A stretch of DNA of 64,000 nucleotides, from positions 14,782-78,781 of the forward strand of contig JBKEDF010000075.1 of assembly GCA_047975325.1 (NCBI GenBank), read 5' to 3'. The DNA comes from Pseudorhodobacter sp. Lineage in GTDB: Bacteria > Pseudomonadota > Alphaproteobacteria > Rhodobacterales > Rhodobacteraceae. Positions 1 to 8,637 of the stretch are shown here, one piece after another. How positions within the stretch are numbered: position 1 is the first letter of the stretch; every line of letters begins with the position of its first letter. The position numbers and the translations under genes are program-made. The notes beneath the pieces are model-generated. The model was given only the letters and a program-made list of their open reading frames with translations. It was not told where the DNA came from and did no database searches.

Positions 1-2
1 CT

Positions 3-1871
3 TTGGCGAGGCTAAGGATACTTGCGACCACAGATCTGCATGCACATCTTTATCCCTATGATTATTATGCCGACCGGGAAGCCCCCGCCTATGGCCTGGC
101 ACGCACCGCCACATTGATTGAAAGGATGCGGGTCCAATCACCAAATACGTTGCTTTTTGACAATGGAGATTTTCTTCAGGGCAGCCCGTTGGGGGATTTC
201 GCTGAATTGACCCGGCAAAATGACAAGGACGGACTTCATCCGGCAATCGCTGCCATGAACATTCTGGACTATGATGCGGTCGCACTTGGCAATCATGAAT
301 TCAATTACGGGCTTGATTATCTGTCCGAGGTTCTGAGCGGCGCCAGATTTCCGGTACTTTGCGCCAATGCGGTCCGAAAGCGCGCGGCAACCCCGCAACA
401 GGATGTCCCCTTCTGTCCGCCCCATGCGATATTGAACCGCAACCTGTTTGATGAGGAAGGCCTCCGTCACCAGATCCGGATCGGGGTTATCGGGCTCCTG
501 CCTCCGCAGATCACCAGCTGGGACAGGGCCTGCCTTCACGGCCAGATTGAAACCAGATGCATGATCGAAATGGCAGCAGCCCTTGTGCCGGAGTTGCGCG
601 CCGCAGGGGCGGACCTGGTCATTGTCCTCGCCCATACCGGGATAAGTGGCGAAAATCCGATACCCGGAATGGAAAACGCCGCCATCCCGCTGGCACGGAT
701 TGACGGCGTTGACGCGGTGGTGGCAGGTCATTCACACCTTGTCTTCCCTTCCCCCGGTTTCAATGGGATTACCGATGTCGATGCCGATCACGGGACAATC
801 GCGGGAAAACCCGCTGTCATGCCGGGTTTCTGGGGGTCACATCTTGGGGTCATCGACCTCCTGCTCAATCGTCGCAACGGACGATGGCGGGTTCAGGCTT
901 CGCGTTCCGAAGCAATACCTGTTGCCCAGCGGGAAGAAAACGGTCGTATTGTTCCGCTTGTGAAAAATCATGCCGGGATACTGGCCGCTGCTGGCCCCCA
1001 TCATCGCGCAACGCTCAATTCCCTGCGCCGCGAAGTGGCACATACACAACATCCGTTACACAGCTACTTTGCGCTTGTCGGCAATTCGGCAGCCGTGCAA
1101 CTCGTCTGCCATGCGCAACAAGCCCATGTCTGCGACCGGCTTGCCGGAACCGAACATGCGGGATTGGCCATCCTTTCCGCTGCCGCCCCCTTCAAGGCAG
1201 GGGGCCGGGCCGGGCCGGAAAATTACACGGCCGTGGCGCCAGGTGGAATTGCACTGCGCAACCTTGTCGATCTTTATTCCTTTCCCAATACGATCTGTGC
1301 CGTGCGCATCACCGGGGCCGAGCTTCGCGAATGGCTGGAACGTTCCGCCTCGATCTTCCGGCAGGTCACACCCGGACAAAACGACCAACCGCTCCTCAAT
1401 CCGGATTTTCCCGGTTACAATTTCGATATCATCATGGGGATCACCTATGAAATCGATCTTTCCCAACCCGCGCGCTATGATGCCTCGGGTGTCCTTATCA
1501 GACGCGGCAAGACCCGCATCCGCAAGCTGTGCTTTCAAGGTCGGCCCCTTGACCGCAAGTCCGAATTCATCGTGGCAACCAATAATCACCGGGTCGACAG
1601 TTCCGGTTTCCTGACCACGCATGATCGATCCCGTGTCATCTATGAATCAACAATCACCAATCGTGAAATCCTGTTGCGTTACTTTCAACAGGGCCACGAT
1701 ATCGACCCGCCCCCACCGGCCAATTGGCGTTTCACCCCGTTGAACCATACCTCCGTCCTTTTCGACACCAGCCCCCTTGCACAGGGCCATCTTGACGATC
1801 TGCCGGATCTGAAACCGGAACCGGTTGGCCATTCACCAGAGGGATTTGCGCGCTTTCGGCTGCATGTCTGA
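3..1871 (+). CDS. 2',3'-cyclic-nucleotide 2'-phosphodiesterase/3'-nucleotidase-like metallophosphoesterase (CpdB / 5'-nucleotidase family)
   Basis: 622-aa ORF with calcineurin-like phosphoesterase motifs (ATTDLHAHL, DNGDFLQGSP, GNHEFNYG) followed by a 5'-nucleotidase C-terminal-type region. The TTG start lies 2 nt from the window edge, so the true 5' end cannot be checked. No obvious signal peptide. Confidence 0.8.
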   Translation: MARLRILATTDLHAHLYPYDYYADREAPAYGLARTATLIERMRVQSPNTLLFDNGDFLQGSPLGDFAELTRQNDKDGLHPAIAAMNILDYDAVALGNHEFNYGLDYLSEVLSGARFPVLCANAVRKRAATPQQDVPFCPPHAILNRNLFDEEGLRHQIRIGVIGLLPPQITSWDRACLHGQIETRCMIEMAAALVPELRAAGADLVIVLAHTGISGENPIPGMENAAIPLARIDGVDAVVAGHSHLVFPSPGFNGITDVDADHGTIAGKPAVMPGFWGSHLGVIDLLLNRRNGRWRVQASRSEAIPVAQREENGRIVPLVKNHAGILAAAGPHHRATLNSLRREVAHTQHPLHSYFALVGNSAAVQLVCHAQQAHVCDRLAGTEHAGLAILSAAAPFKAGGRAGPENYTAVAPGGIALRNLVDLYSFPNTICAVRITGAELREWLERSASIFRQVTPGQNDQPLLNPDFPGYNFDIIMGITYEIDLSQPARYDASGVLIRRGKTRIRKLCFQGRPLDRKSEFIVATNNHRVDSSGFLTTHDRSRVIYESTITNREILLRYFQQGHDIDPPPPANWRFTPLNHTSVLFDTSPLAQGHLDDLPDLKPEPVGHSPEGFARFRLHV

Positions 1872-1931
1872 TCGGGCAGGGCTTTCCTCTTCTTTCCGTT
1901 TGCGCTAACAACCGACAGCGGGAACAGAGGA

Positions 1932-2612
1932 ATGACCATGTTTGACGCTGTTATCTTCGATCTTGACGGAACCTTACTGGATACGGAAAGCGGGTCCCAT
2001 ATGGCCGCTATCTCTGCCCTTGCACGGCTTGATGCCGGGGCCGATCCGGAATTCCTGCGCAAGACGGCAGGGGTGGATGATATCACGACCGCCCGGATGA
2101 TCCGCACACATTATCCCCATATTGACCACGAAACCTTTTTTGCCATCTGGAAAGAAGAAACAATCAAGACCCAAACCAAGGGCATCCCGACAAAACCGGG
2201 TGCCTGGGAATTGCTGGAGGCCATTCGCCAACCCATCGTCCTGGCAACTTCATCACGCCGGGTGGATGCGGATCGCAAGCTTTCCATCGCGCGAATGGGG
2301 CATTGTTTTGCCTATGTCGTGACATGTGATGATGTAACCGCCCCCAAACCCGCACCGGAACCCTACCTCCTGGCCGCACGGCTGGTTGGGGTCGATCCGG
2401 CGCGCTGCCTTGCCTTCGAAGACAGTGATACTGGCGCCGAATCCGCCCATCGTGCCGGAATGACCGTGGTACAGGTGCCTGATATCAACCCAAGCGCGGG
2501 CCATTTCGCCAATCTCCTTGCCGGGAGTCTTCTGGAAGGCGCCCGACAGATCGGTCTTCTCCCTTCCGGGAGCCTTGCCAAGCCAGCCAGCAGCGCCTAT
2601 ATCGGCGGATGA
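1932..2612 (+). CDS. HAD-superfamily hydrolase (beta-phosphoglucomutase-like subfamily IA)
   Basis: N-terminal HAD motif I (VIFDLDGTLLDTE) and a later motif (AFEDSDTGAESAHRAGM). 226 aa. Confidence 0.8.
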   Translation: MTMFDAVIFDLDGTLLDTESGSHMAAISALARLDAGADPEFLRKTAGVDDITTARMIRTHYPHIDHETFFAIWKEETIKTQTKGIPTKPGAWELLEAIRQPIVLATSSRRVDADRKLSIARMGHCFAYVVTCDDVTAPKPAPEPYLLAARLVGVDPARCLAFEDSDTGAESAHRAGMTVVQVPDINPSAGHFANLLAGSLLEGARQIGLLPSGSLAKPASSAYIGG

Positions 2613-2708
2613 GAGGTTGGCGCGGGCGAGCGCCTCGCCAACCCGGTCAGGTCCGGAAGGAAGCAGCCGTAACGAGCCCCGCTTGGGTCGTTGTCCAGCC
2701 TCTCACCC
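2611..2708 (+). ncRNA. ffs: signal recognition particle RNA (small bacterial 4.5S type)
   Basis: Contains the near-invariant SRP domain IV sequence GGTCAGGTCCGGAAGGAAGCAGCC (2645-2668). The ends GAGAGGTTGG (2611-2620) and CCAGCCTCTC (2696-2705) can pair to close the molecule with one G-U. Length of about 98 nt fits alphaproteobacterial SRP RNA. The 5' end abuts or overlaps the HAD stop codon, and exact ends are approximate. Confidence 0.8.
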
Positions 2709-3037
2709 AACCCCTGCCATATCTGTAAGCTTGTAGCGCCCCGCCCGGGAACTGGCTGCTGCGCACCGTTTCATGTCACCAAATCCTTGGCGCCTTCAGC
2801 CCAAAGGCGGAAGGCATGGATGCGGGCAGTTTCGTCAATTCCCCTGATCGCGCATCGCTTGCGGCAATTGCCGGGTACAGGCATGTCGCGGATTTCTGGA
2901 AAACCGGATCGATATCAATGGCTGCCAGAACAATTGGTCGCAACCGGATCAACTGGACGCTTGGGACAACCATCGATATATTTCATCAAACATAACGATT
3001 CCCACAGTTCCCCAAATGAGGCACTTCAGGCAGGTCC

Positions 3038-4093
3038 ATGTCCAGTTCCGATGAAACCTCAATGTCAATCCAGCAACCGCAAACACCCTTGAGGCGGCTT
3101 CCCGTGATGACGGTGCTGGCGCTTGCCCTGGCCGGACTTGCGGTTCTGTCGCTTGGCATGGGGCAGATCAGCATTCCGCCCGGCACCGTTTTGCGCGTGA
3201 TTGCCGCGCAGATCTGGGATGTTCAGGCCGACTGGCCCGCGTCGGTTGAACAGATCGTAACCAATGTGCGCCTGCCAAGGATATTGGCGGCGGTGATTGT
3301 CGGGGCGGCACTGGCGGCGGCGGGGGCTGCCTATCAGACGCTGTTTCGCAATCCCATCGTCGCGCCCGACGTCCTGGGCGTTTCGGCCGGGGCGGGGTTC
3401 GGGGCCTCGCTGGCAGTGATGTTCAACCTTGGCGCACTGGCAATTCAGGGGGCTGCCTTCGCCTTCGGGCTTTGTGCCGTCGCATTGGTCTTCGTCATCG
3501 GACAGGCGATCAACCGCCATTCGCTGATCGTGCTGGTGCTGGTGGGCGTGGTCATCGCGGCCTTTTTCCAGGCAATGATCTCGGTTCTGAAAATCGTCGC
3601 GGATCCTGTCAACGTGTTACCAGTCATCACCTTCTGGTTGCTTGGCGGTCTCAACAAGGTGACATCGGGTGATCTGCCGCTGGTGACGGCGTTGATTGGC
3701 TCCTCGCTGGCGGTTCTCCTGGCATTACGCTGGCAGATCAACGTGATGGCGGTGGGCGCGGATGAGGCGCGGATGCTGGGCATCGATGTGCGCGTAACAC
3801 GGCTGGCCCTGATCCTTGCGGCGACCCTGATGACTGCCTCGGCCGTGTCGATCGCGGGAATCGTCGGCTGGGTAGGGCTCGTGGTGCCCCATATTGCGCG
3901 CCTGCTGGTTGGGTCCTCCTTCGACAGGCTCTTGCCCGCTTCGGCACTGACCGGCGCGCTGTTTCTTTTGCTGGTGGATAATCTTTCACGAGCGGCGACG
4001 GCGATGGAGATCCCGCTGGGCATCACCACCAGCGTTATCGGCGCGCCGTTGTTTCTGGTCCTGCTGTTGCGCAGCGGAAAGGTCTGGTCATGA
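3038..4093 (+). CDS. FecCD/BtuC-family iron-chelate or cobalamin-type ABC transporter permease
   Basis: 351-aa polytopic membrane protein with typical FecCD-family sequence (RLPRILAAVIVGAALAAAGAAYQTLFRNP, GIVGWVGLVVPHIARLL). The start could be a downstream Met. Confidence 0.9.
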   Translation: MSSSDETSMSIQQPQTPLRRLPVMTVLALALAGLAVLSLGMGQISIPPGTVLRVIAAQIWDVQADWPASVEQIVTNVRLPRILAAVIVGAALAAAGAAYQTLFRNPIVAPDVLGVSAGAGFGASLAVMFNLGALAIQGAAFAFGLCAVALVFVIGQAINRHSLIVLVLVGVVIAAFFQAMISVLKIVADPVNVLPVITFWLLGGLNKVTSGDLPLVTALIGSSLAVLLALRWQINVMAVGADEARMLGIDVRVTRLALILAATLMTASAVSIAGIVGWVGLVVPHIARLLVGSSFDRLLPASALTGALFLLLVDNLSRAATAMEIPLGITTSVIGAPLFLVLLLRSGKVWS

Positions 4094-4869
4094 GGCTGGA
4101 GGTACAGGACCTGGCGTTTTCCTTCGGACGGGGCAAACGCAGCCTTGCGGATATAACATTCACGCTCGACCCCGGCGAGGTGCTGTGCCTGCTGGGACCC
4201 AATGGCGCCGGCAAGACGACACTCACGCGTTGCCTGACCGGAGGATTGCAGCCACGGGCCGGGTTGATTCGTCTTGGCGGAACCCTTGTGACGGGCCTCG
4301 CCCCGCGTGAACTGGCCTGCCGCATGGCCTATGTCCCGCAGGCAAGCCAGCCCGCCTTCGGCCATACCGTGCTTGAGATGGTCTTGATGGGCCGCTCACC
4401 GCATCTGGGCCGTTTCGAGATGCCCGGCCAGGAGGATCGCAAACGGGCGGAAGCGGCATTGGGACGGCTCGGAATTGCCCATCTGGCAGGTCGCAGCTTT
4501 GCCGCCATCAGCGGTGGGGAACGTCAACTTTGCCTGCTGGCCCGCGCCCTGGCACAGGAATCGCGCATATTGCTGTTGGACGAACCCGCCGCGAGCCTGG
4601 ATTTCGGAAATCAGATCCGTTTGCTGGAAATCATCGCCGAACTGGCCCGCGACGGGTTCGGGATCCTCATGGTGACACATCATCCCGACCACGCCCTTCA
4701 GGTTGGCCATCGCTTTCTGGCGCTGAAGGCCGGGCGCATTCACGGTGCCGGCCCCGTCGGACAGATGAGCCAGCCCGGTTATCTGACCGATCTCTATGGC
4801 GCCGATATTGAGGTCATCCGTGATCAGGGCGGTCGGACCGCCTGCCTGCCCATTCTGGAAACTGCATGA
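4090..4869 (+). CDS. ABC transporter ATP-binding protein (FecE/BtuD-like)
   Basis: Walker A GPNGAGKTT, ABC signature ISGGERQ and Walker B LLLDEP. The ATGA start/stop overlap with the permease gene indicates translational coupling. Confidence 0.9.
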   Translation: MRLEVQDLAFSFGRGKRSLADITFTLDPGEVLCLLGPNGAGKTTLTRCLTGGLQPRAGLIRLGGTLVTGLAPRELACRMAYVPQASQPAFGHTVLEMVLMGRSPHLGRFEMPGQEDRKRAEAALGRLGIAHLAGRSFAAISGGERQLCLLARALAQESRILLLDEPAASLDFGNQIRLLEIIAELARDGFGILMVTHHPDHALQVGHRFLALKAGRIHGAGPVGQMSQPGYLTDLYGADIEVIRDQGGRTACLPILETA

Positions 4870-4882
4870 AACGGAGCAAGAA

Positions 4883-5890
4883 ATGTATCTGAAATCCCTC
4901 GTTCTTCTCGGCACACTGGCCCTTGCCCCGCTTGCCGAAGCGCGTGAGATCACCGATATGGCCGGGCGGACCGTCACCCTGCCCGACAAGGTCGAAAGCG
5001 TGGTCACCATCGGTTCGGTGCCAGTCCTGAACAGTTTCATCTTCGCGACCGGCAATGCCGAACGGATCGTGAATGACCTGCCACCCTGGGCGCGCAATTC
5101 GCCCCGCTGGGCCTGGCAATCCGTCTTTGCCCCCGGTCTTGCCGACCATCCCCAGATCGAAGATGCCGAACGCACCCTCAAACTTGAAACGATCCTCACC
5201 ATTGCGCCGGATGTCGCAATCAGCTTCGGGCAGGATGTCGCCGATCTTCTGGAAGCCAACGGCATCCCCACTGTCATCCCCCGTGTGCAGAATGCCGAAG
5301 ACGTAAAGGCCACGGTTGCCTTGATGGGCGAGGTTTTCGGCAATGAAACGGTCGGTGCCGAATATGCCGCCTGGTTCGATGCCGCGATGGGGGATCTTGA
5401 AACCCGTCTGCAGGGGGTGGAAAAACCAAGCGTCCTTTACCTCAACCCCACGAACATGACCCAGCCGCATCTGATTGCCGAATGGTGGATCAGCCATGCC
5501 GGGGGCAATTCCGTCACCAGCGACAATACAAGCCTTGAGGTCATGCCGCTCACGACAGAATTCGTGCTGGCAGCGGATCCCGACATCCTGATCGTCTACA
5601 CCCCCGAACAGATTACGGTGCTGAAGGAGGATCCGAACCTTTCAACCCTGCGCGCCGTGAAGGAAGAACGCATCCTGGCCGCGCCGATGGGGGCCCATAC
5701 ATGGGCCAACCGGACGGTGGAACAACCGCTGACCGTGCTTTGGGCAGCTTCGCAATTCCACCCCGAAATCCTGCCCGAAGAAGACCTGGTCGCCAAGGTC
5801 CGCGATTTCTATGCAACCTTTTACAAGGTCGATCTGACCGATGAGGAAATCCGCCTGATCCTTGCCAGCAAAAGCAGGGAGGAAAGTTAA
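4883..5890 (+). CDS. periplasmic substrate-binding protein of the iron-chelate/cobalamin ABC class (PBP type, FecB/BtuF-like)
   Basis: The ATG at 4883 gives a clean signal peptide (MYLKSLVLLGTLALAPLAEA), so the track start at 4796 is probably an upstream extension. The sequence resembles class III periplasmic binding proteins. Confidence 0.85.
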   Translation: MYLKSLVLLGTLALAPLAEAREITDMAGRTVTLPDKVESVVTIGSVPVLNSFIFATGNAERIVNDLPPWARNSPRWAWQSVFAPGLADHPQIEDAERTLKLETILTIAPDVAISFGQDVADLLEANGIPTVIPRVQNAEDVKATVALMGEVFGNETVGAEYAAWFDAAMGDLETRLQGVEKPSVLYLNPTNMTQPHLIAEWWISHAGGNSVTSDNTSLEVMPLTTEFVLAADPDILIVYTPEQITVLKEDPNLSTLRAVKEERILAAPMGAHTWANRTVEQPLTVLWAASQFHPEILPEEDLVAKVRDFYATFYKVDLTDEEIRLILASKSREES

Positions 5891-5893
5891 GCT

Positions 5894-6748
5894 ATGACGT
5901 TCAATGCCCAAACTCTTGCAACGGCCCGTGCGATCCTCGGCCCCGAGGCGGAAAGCGCGCGGATCAACCGCGCGACGCTGGGCCTGTTCTTTATCGCGGT
6001 GACACTCGATACCGGCGAAACCGGCCTTTGCGCCACGCCCCTGAAGGAAATCCCGGAGGCCGTCTGCTGCCCCTCCTCGGCAATGTCGATGCCCTTTCCC
6101 GGCAAGCTGGAGGGCAAGGGCGCCCTGCGTCTGGCCGAGGAGGCAATCAGCCAGACCGGCCTGCGCCGCGCGCTCGGGATTGCCGCGCTGAACGCGCTTG
6201 CATCCCGGGCCGCACAAAAGCGCACAGGCGCGAACCACAAGGTTCTGGAAAATACCGAGGCCTTCGATGTGGCAGCGGTACAACCCGATGAAACCGCCGT
6301 GGTCGTCGGCGCGTTCGGCCCGTTTCTGAAAGCCCTGCGCAAGATTGGCGCGCAGTATTTCGTGCTCGAAAAGGATCCCGCCACCCTGCGCCCCGAAGAG
6401 ATGCCGCATTACCGGGCCGCCGAAACCTATGGTGAAATCGTACCCGAAGCTGACGTGTTGCTGATCACCGGGACCACGCTGATCAATGACACCCTTGGCG
6501 ATCTGATCGCCTGTGCCAAACCCACGGCGCGGGTGGTACTGGTCGGCCCTACCGTGCCGATCCTGCCCGATGCGTTTCTGGACAGGCCCGGCATGGTTTT
6601 GGGCACGGTACGCGTAACCGACGCTCCCGCCCTTCACCGCGTATTGGCCGAAGGCGGGTCCGGTTATCATTTCTTTGGCAAATCCACCCGCAAGATCGTC
6701 CTTGTTCCCGAGGATTTCGATACAAAAACGCGGCCGCATGCCGCCTGA
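5894..6748 (+). CDS. DUF4213/DUF364 protein (Rossmann-like 'putative heavy-metal chelation' family)
   Basis: The C-terminal pattern VVVGAFGPF...VLEKDP...ADVLLITGTTLINDTLGDL...VVLVGPTVPILP matches my recollection of the DUF364 fold family. The gene starts 4 nt after the binding-protein stop. Confidence 0.7.
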   Translation: MTFNAQTLATARAILGPEAESARINRATLGLFFIAVTLDTGETGLCATPLKEIPEAVCCPSSAMSMPFPGKLEGKGALRLAEEAISQTGLRRALGIAALNALASRAAQKRTGANHKVLENTEAFDVAAVQPDETAVVVGAFGPFLKALRKIGAQYFVLEKDPATLRPEEMPHYRAAETYGEIVPEADVLLITGTTLINDTLGDLIACAKPTARVVLVGPTVPILPDAFLDRPGMVLGTVRVTDAPALHRVLAEGGSGYHFFGKSTRKIVLVPEDFDTKTRPHAA

Positions 6749-6765
6749 TCCCGAAAGGAAAGACC

Positions 6766-6999
6766 ATGAGCGAGACCGTCACCCTTACCAAGATGTGCGA
6801 ATTGCACGGTATTGCCACGCCCCGCACAGGCGCGCTTGCCGACAAGTTTCAGGCGGCCTTCCCCGCCGCCACCTATGACGAAAAGGCCGGTGAATGGCGG
6901 ATGGTATGGAAGAAGGGCTCCTACGCGGAATCAAACGCAAAGCTCGAAGCCTTCTTCACCGAAAATGGTGTCGCCATCACCCAAGTTGATCGGTGCTGA
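6766..6999 (+). CDS. small hypothetical protein (paralogue 1 of a tandem pair)
   Basis: 77-aa ORF with high third-position GC and an AAGGAAAG Shine-Dalgarno-like sequence upstream. Shares the motif FQAAFPxxxYxDExxEWRxxW with the next ORF. Confidence 0.55.
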   Translation: MSETVTLTKMCELHGIATPRTGALADKFQAAFPAATYDEKAGEWRMVWKKGSYAESNAKLEAFFTENGVAITQVDRC

Positions 7000-7002
7000 A
7001 CC

Positions 7003-7233
7003 ATGCATCATGCCAAAGAAGCCCATGATGTAGGTTTTCATGCCCATGCCTTCGCGCTTCCGCGCGAGGGCAGGATGGCCAGGATTTTTCAGGCCGCTTT
7101 CCCCGAAGGCTATTTCAGCGACGAACATCAGGAATGGCGCATCGACTGGAACCCGGCCGAATTTCCCGAACAGGGCAGGCGCATCATCGCCTTTGAGGAC
7201 AAACACGGCGTTGAAGCCTTGCACCGGTATTGA
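7003..7233 (+). CDS. small hypothetical protein (paralogue 2 of a tandem pair)
   Basis: 76-aa ORF starting 3 nt after the previous stop. It aligns by eye with paralogue 1 (IFQAAFPEGYFSDEHQEWRIDW versus KFQAAFPAATYDEKAGEWRMVW). An internal ATG at 7075, preceded by GAGGGCAGG, is an alternative start. Confidence 0.5.
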   Translation: MHHAKEAHDVGFHAHAFALPREGRMARIFQAAFPEGYFSDEHQEWRIDWNPAEFPEQGRRIIAFEDKHGVEALHRY

Positions 7234-7447
7234 CCGGGGTGCGGGCCTTCCAATGAAAATCCCGGCTGGGAAATAGCCGTTTCGCCCGTTTGCACGGATA
7301 TGGGGTGCGTGGTGGGCGCATTATCGGTATGGGCCGGGGTCCGCCTTGCCGGGCCTTCAGGCCGCACCCCCAATATTGCCCCGGCTGGCGCAGGGGGAAA
7401 ATTTGGCTTATTGCGCAGGGAAATCCAGCCCGCCGAGGAATTCCCCG

Positions 7448-8335
7448 ATGTTCATCGCAACGCTTTTGACCAACCCCGAAAAACCGGTCCTGGACCAGGA
7501 AACAGTTGAAACGCTGCGTAATGCCTGGGGCGGCGGGACTATCACATGGCTCGCCCCTCATATCGCAGCGGAATTCCCCCTGGATGCGATACCTGCCAAT
7601 CGCTGGGAAAGCTGGGAAGGGTTGCAGACGCTTGGCATTGATCTGGTGGTGCAACCCGCCGAAGGACGGCAAAAGCAATTGCTGATCGCCGATATGGACA
7701 GCACGATGATCCGGCAGGAATGTATCGACGAACTGGCCGACGAGGCGGGCGTGGGCGCCTATGTGGCGGATATCACCGCACGCGCCATGAATGGTGAACT
7801 GGATTTTGACGCAGCGCTGCGCGAACGGGTTGCGCTGCTGAAGGATCTGCCCGAAACCGTCATCGCACAGGTTTTCGAAAAACGGATCACATTGATGCCG
7901 GGGGGGACAACGCTTCTGTCCACAATGAAGGCGCAGGGCGCCTATGCTGCACTGGTATCGGGCGGTTTCACGGCTTTCACCTCCCGCGTGGCAGCACGGC
8001 TTGGATTTGACGAACATCGCGCCAATATCCTGAACATAACCGATGGCAAGCTGACCGGAACCGTGGCCGAACCGATTTTAGGACGCGAGGCAAAGGTACA
8101 GGCCCTGACCGAAATTTCCGCACGACTGGGGATCACCCCGAACGAGGCCATCGCCGTTGGTGACGGGGCGAATGATCTGGGCATGTTGTCCCTTGCCGGT
8201 GCGGGGGTGGCGCTGCATGCCAAGCCCGCTGTCGCCGCACAAAGTGAACTGCGCATCAACCACGGTGATCTGACTGCATTGCTCTACCTGCAAGGCTACG
8301 CCCACGCGGATTTTGTCAATACCGACTTGCCCTGA
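7448..8335 (+). CDS. serB: phosphoserine phosphatase
   Basis: HAD motif LLIADMDSTMIRQECIDELA, an ACT-like N-terminal part and a C-terminal GDGANDL motif. The ATG at 7448 (MFIATLL) is preferred over the track start at 7346. Confidence 0.85.
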   Translation: MFIATLLTNPEKPVLDQETVETLRNAWGGGTITWLAPHIAAEFPLDAIPANRWESWEGLQTLGIDLVVQPAEGRQKQLLIADMDSTMIRQECIDELADEAGVGAYVADITARAMNGELDFDAALRERVALLKDLPETVIAQVFEKRITLMPGGTTLLSTMKAQGAYAALVSGGFTAFTSRVAARLGFDEHRANILNITDGKLTGTVAEPILGREAKVQALTEISARLGITPNEAIAVGDGANDLGMLSLAGAGVALHAKPAVAAQSELRINHGDLTALLYLQGYAHADFVNTDLP

Positions 8336-8637
8336 GCCGAAACCCGCGCAGCGCCTTCACGGCACCATCCCCTTTTGATCCGGGCCACAGCGCCAGACAT
8401 GCCGGACCTGCATTCGGGTCAGGGACGGAAGATGGCAGATCGTGCCGGGATTCAGGCTGAAATGCTTTCGGTGTCACTCTTGTTGAAAATCAACGCGGCG
8501 GGGAATCTTTCCCCCCTTATGAACAGGAATTAATGTTACGTTATCTGCAACACTCGGAGCAGCGTTGAATTGTATCCGGGTGTGAGGAATGCAATAGATA
8601 TCCGCTAGGGATATTTCGGGGTGCGAGGGAGTCACCG

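Noticed and set aside
2617-2643. Hairpin GGTTGGCG...CGCCAACC just after the HAD stop codon, first read as a terminator
   Set aside because: It has no T-tract, and the segment is better explained as part of the SRP RNA (ffs), whose conserved domain IV follows directly.
2709-3037. Possible cobalamin or other metal riboswitch upstream of the BtuC/FecCD-type permease
   Set aside because: On either strand I could not find the conserved B12-box or the GCCACUG and GGGAA..GGUG..AA..CC elements in the right order. I left it as an unexplained leader rather than calling an RNA element. An Infernal scan would settle it.
4796-4882. Upstream in-frame extensions of track ORFs, as here and at 7346-7447, 24306-24362, 52011-52214, 48544-48600, 47517-47573, 48404-48454, 15086-15184 and 29157-29183
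   Set aside because: In each case a downstream start gives a proper signal peptide or canonical N-terminus, an RBS, or a start/stop coupling. The extensions overlap the preceding gene or a promoter region.
7235-7372. Long-range imperfect inverted repeat (GGGGTGCGGGCCTTC ... GGCCTTCAGGCCGCACCCC) upstream of serB, considered as a structured RNA or REP-like element
   Set aside because: The arms are short, imperfect and GC-rich, about 100 nt apart, with no further copies noticed in the window. This cannot be told apart from chance in high-GC DNA without covariation data.
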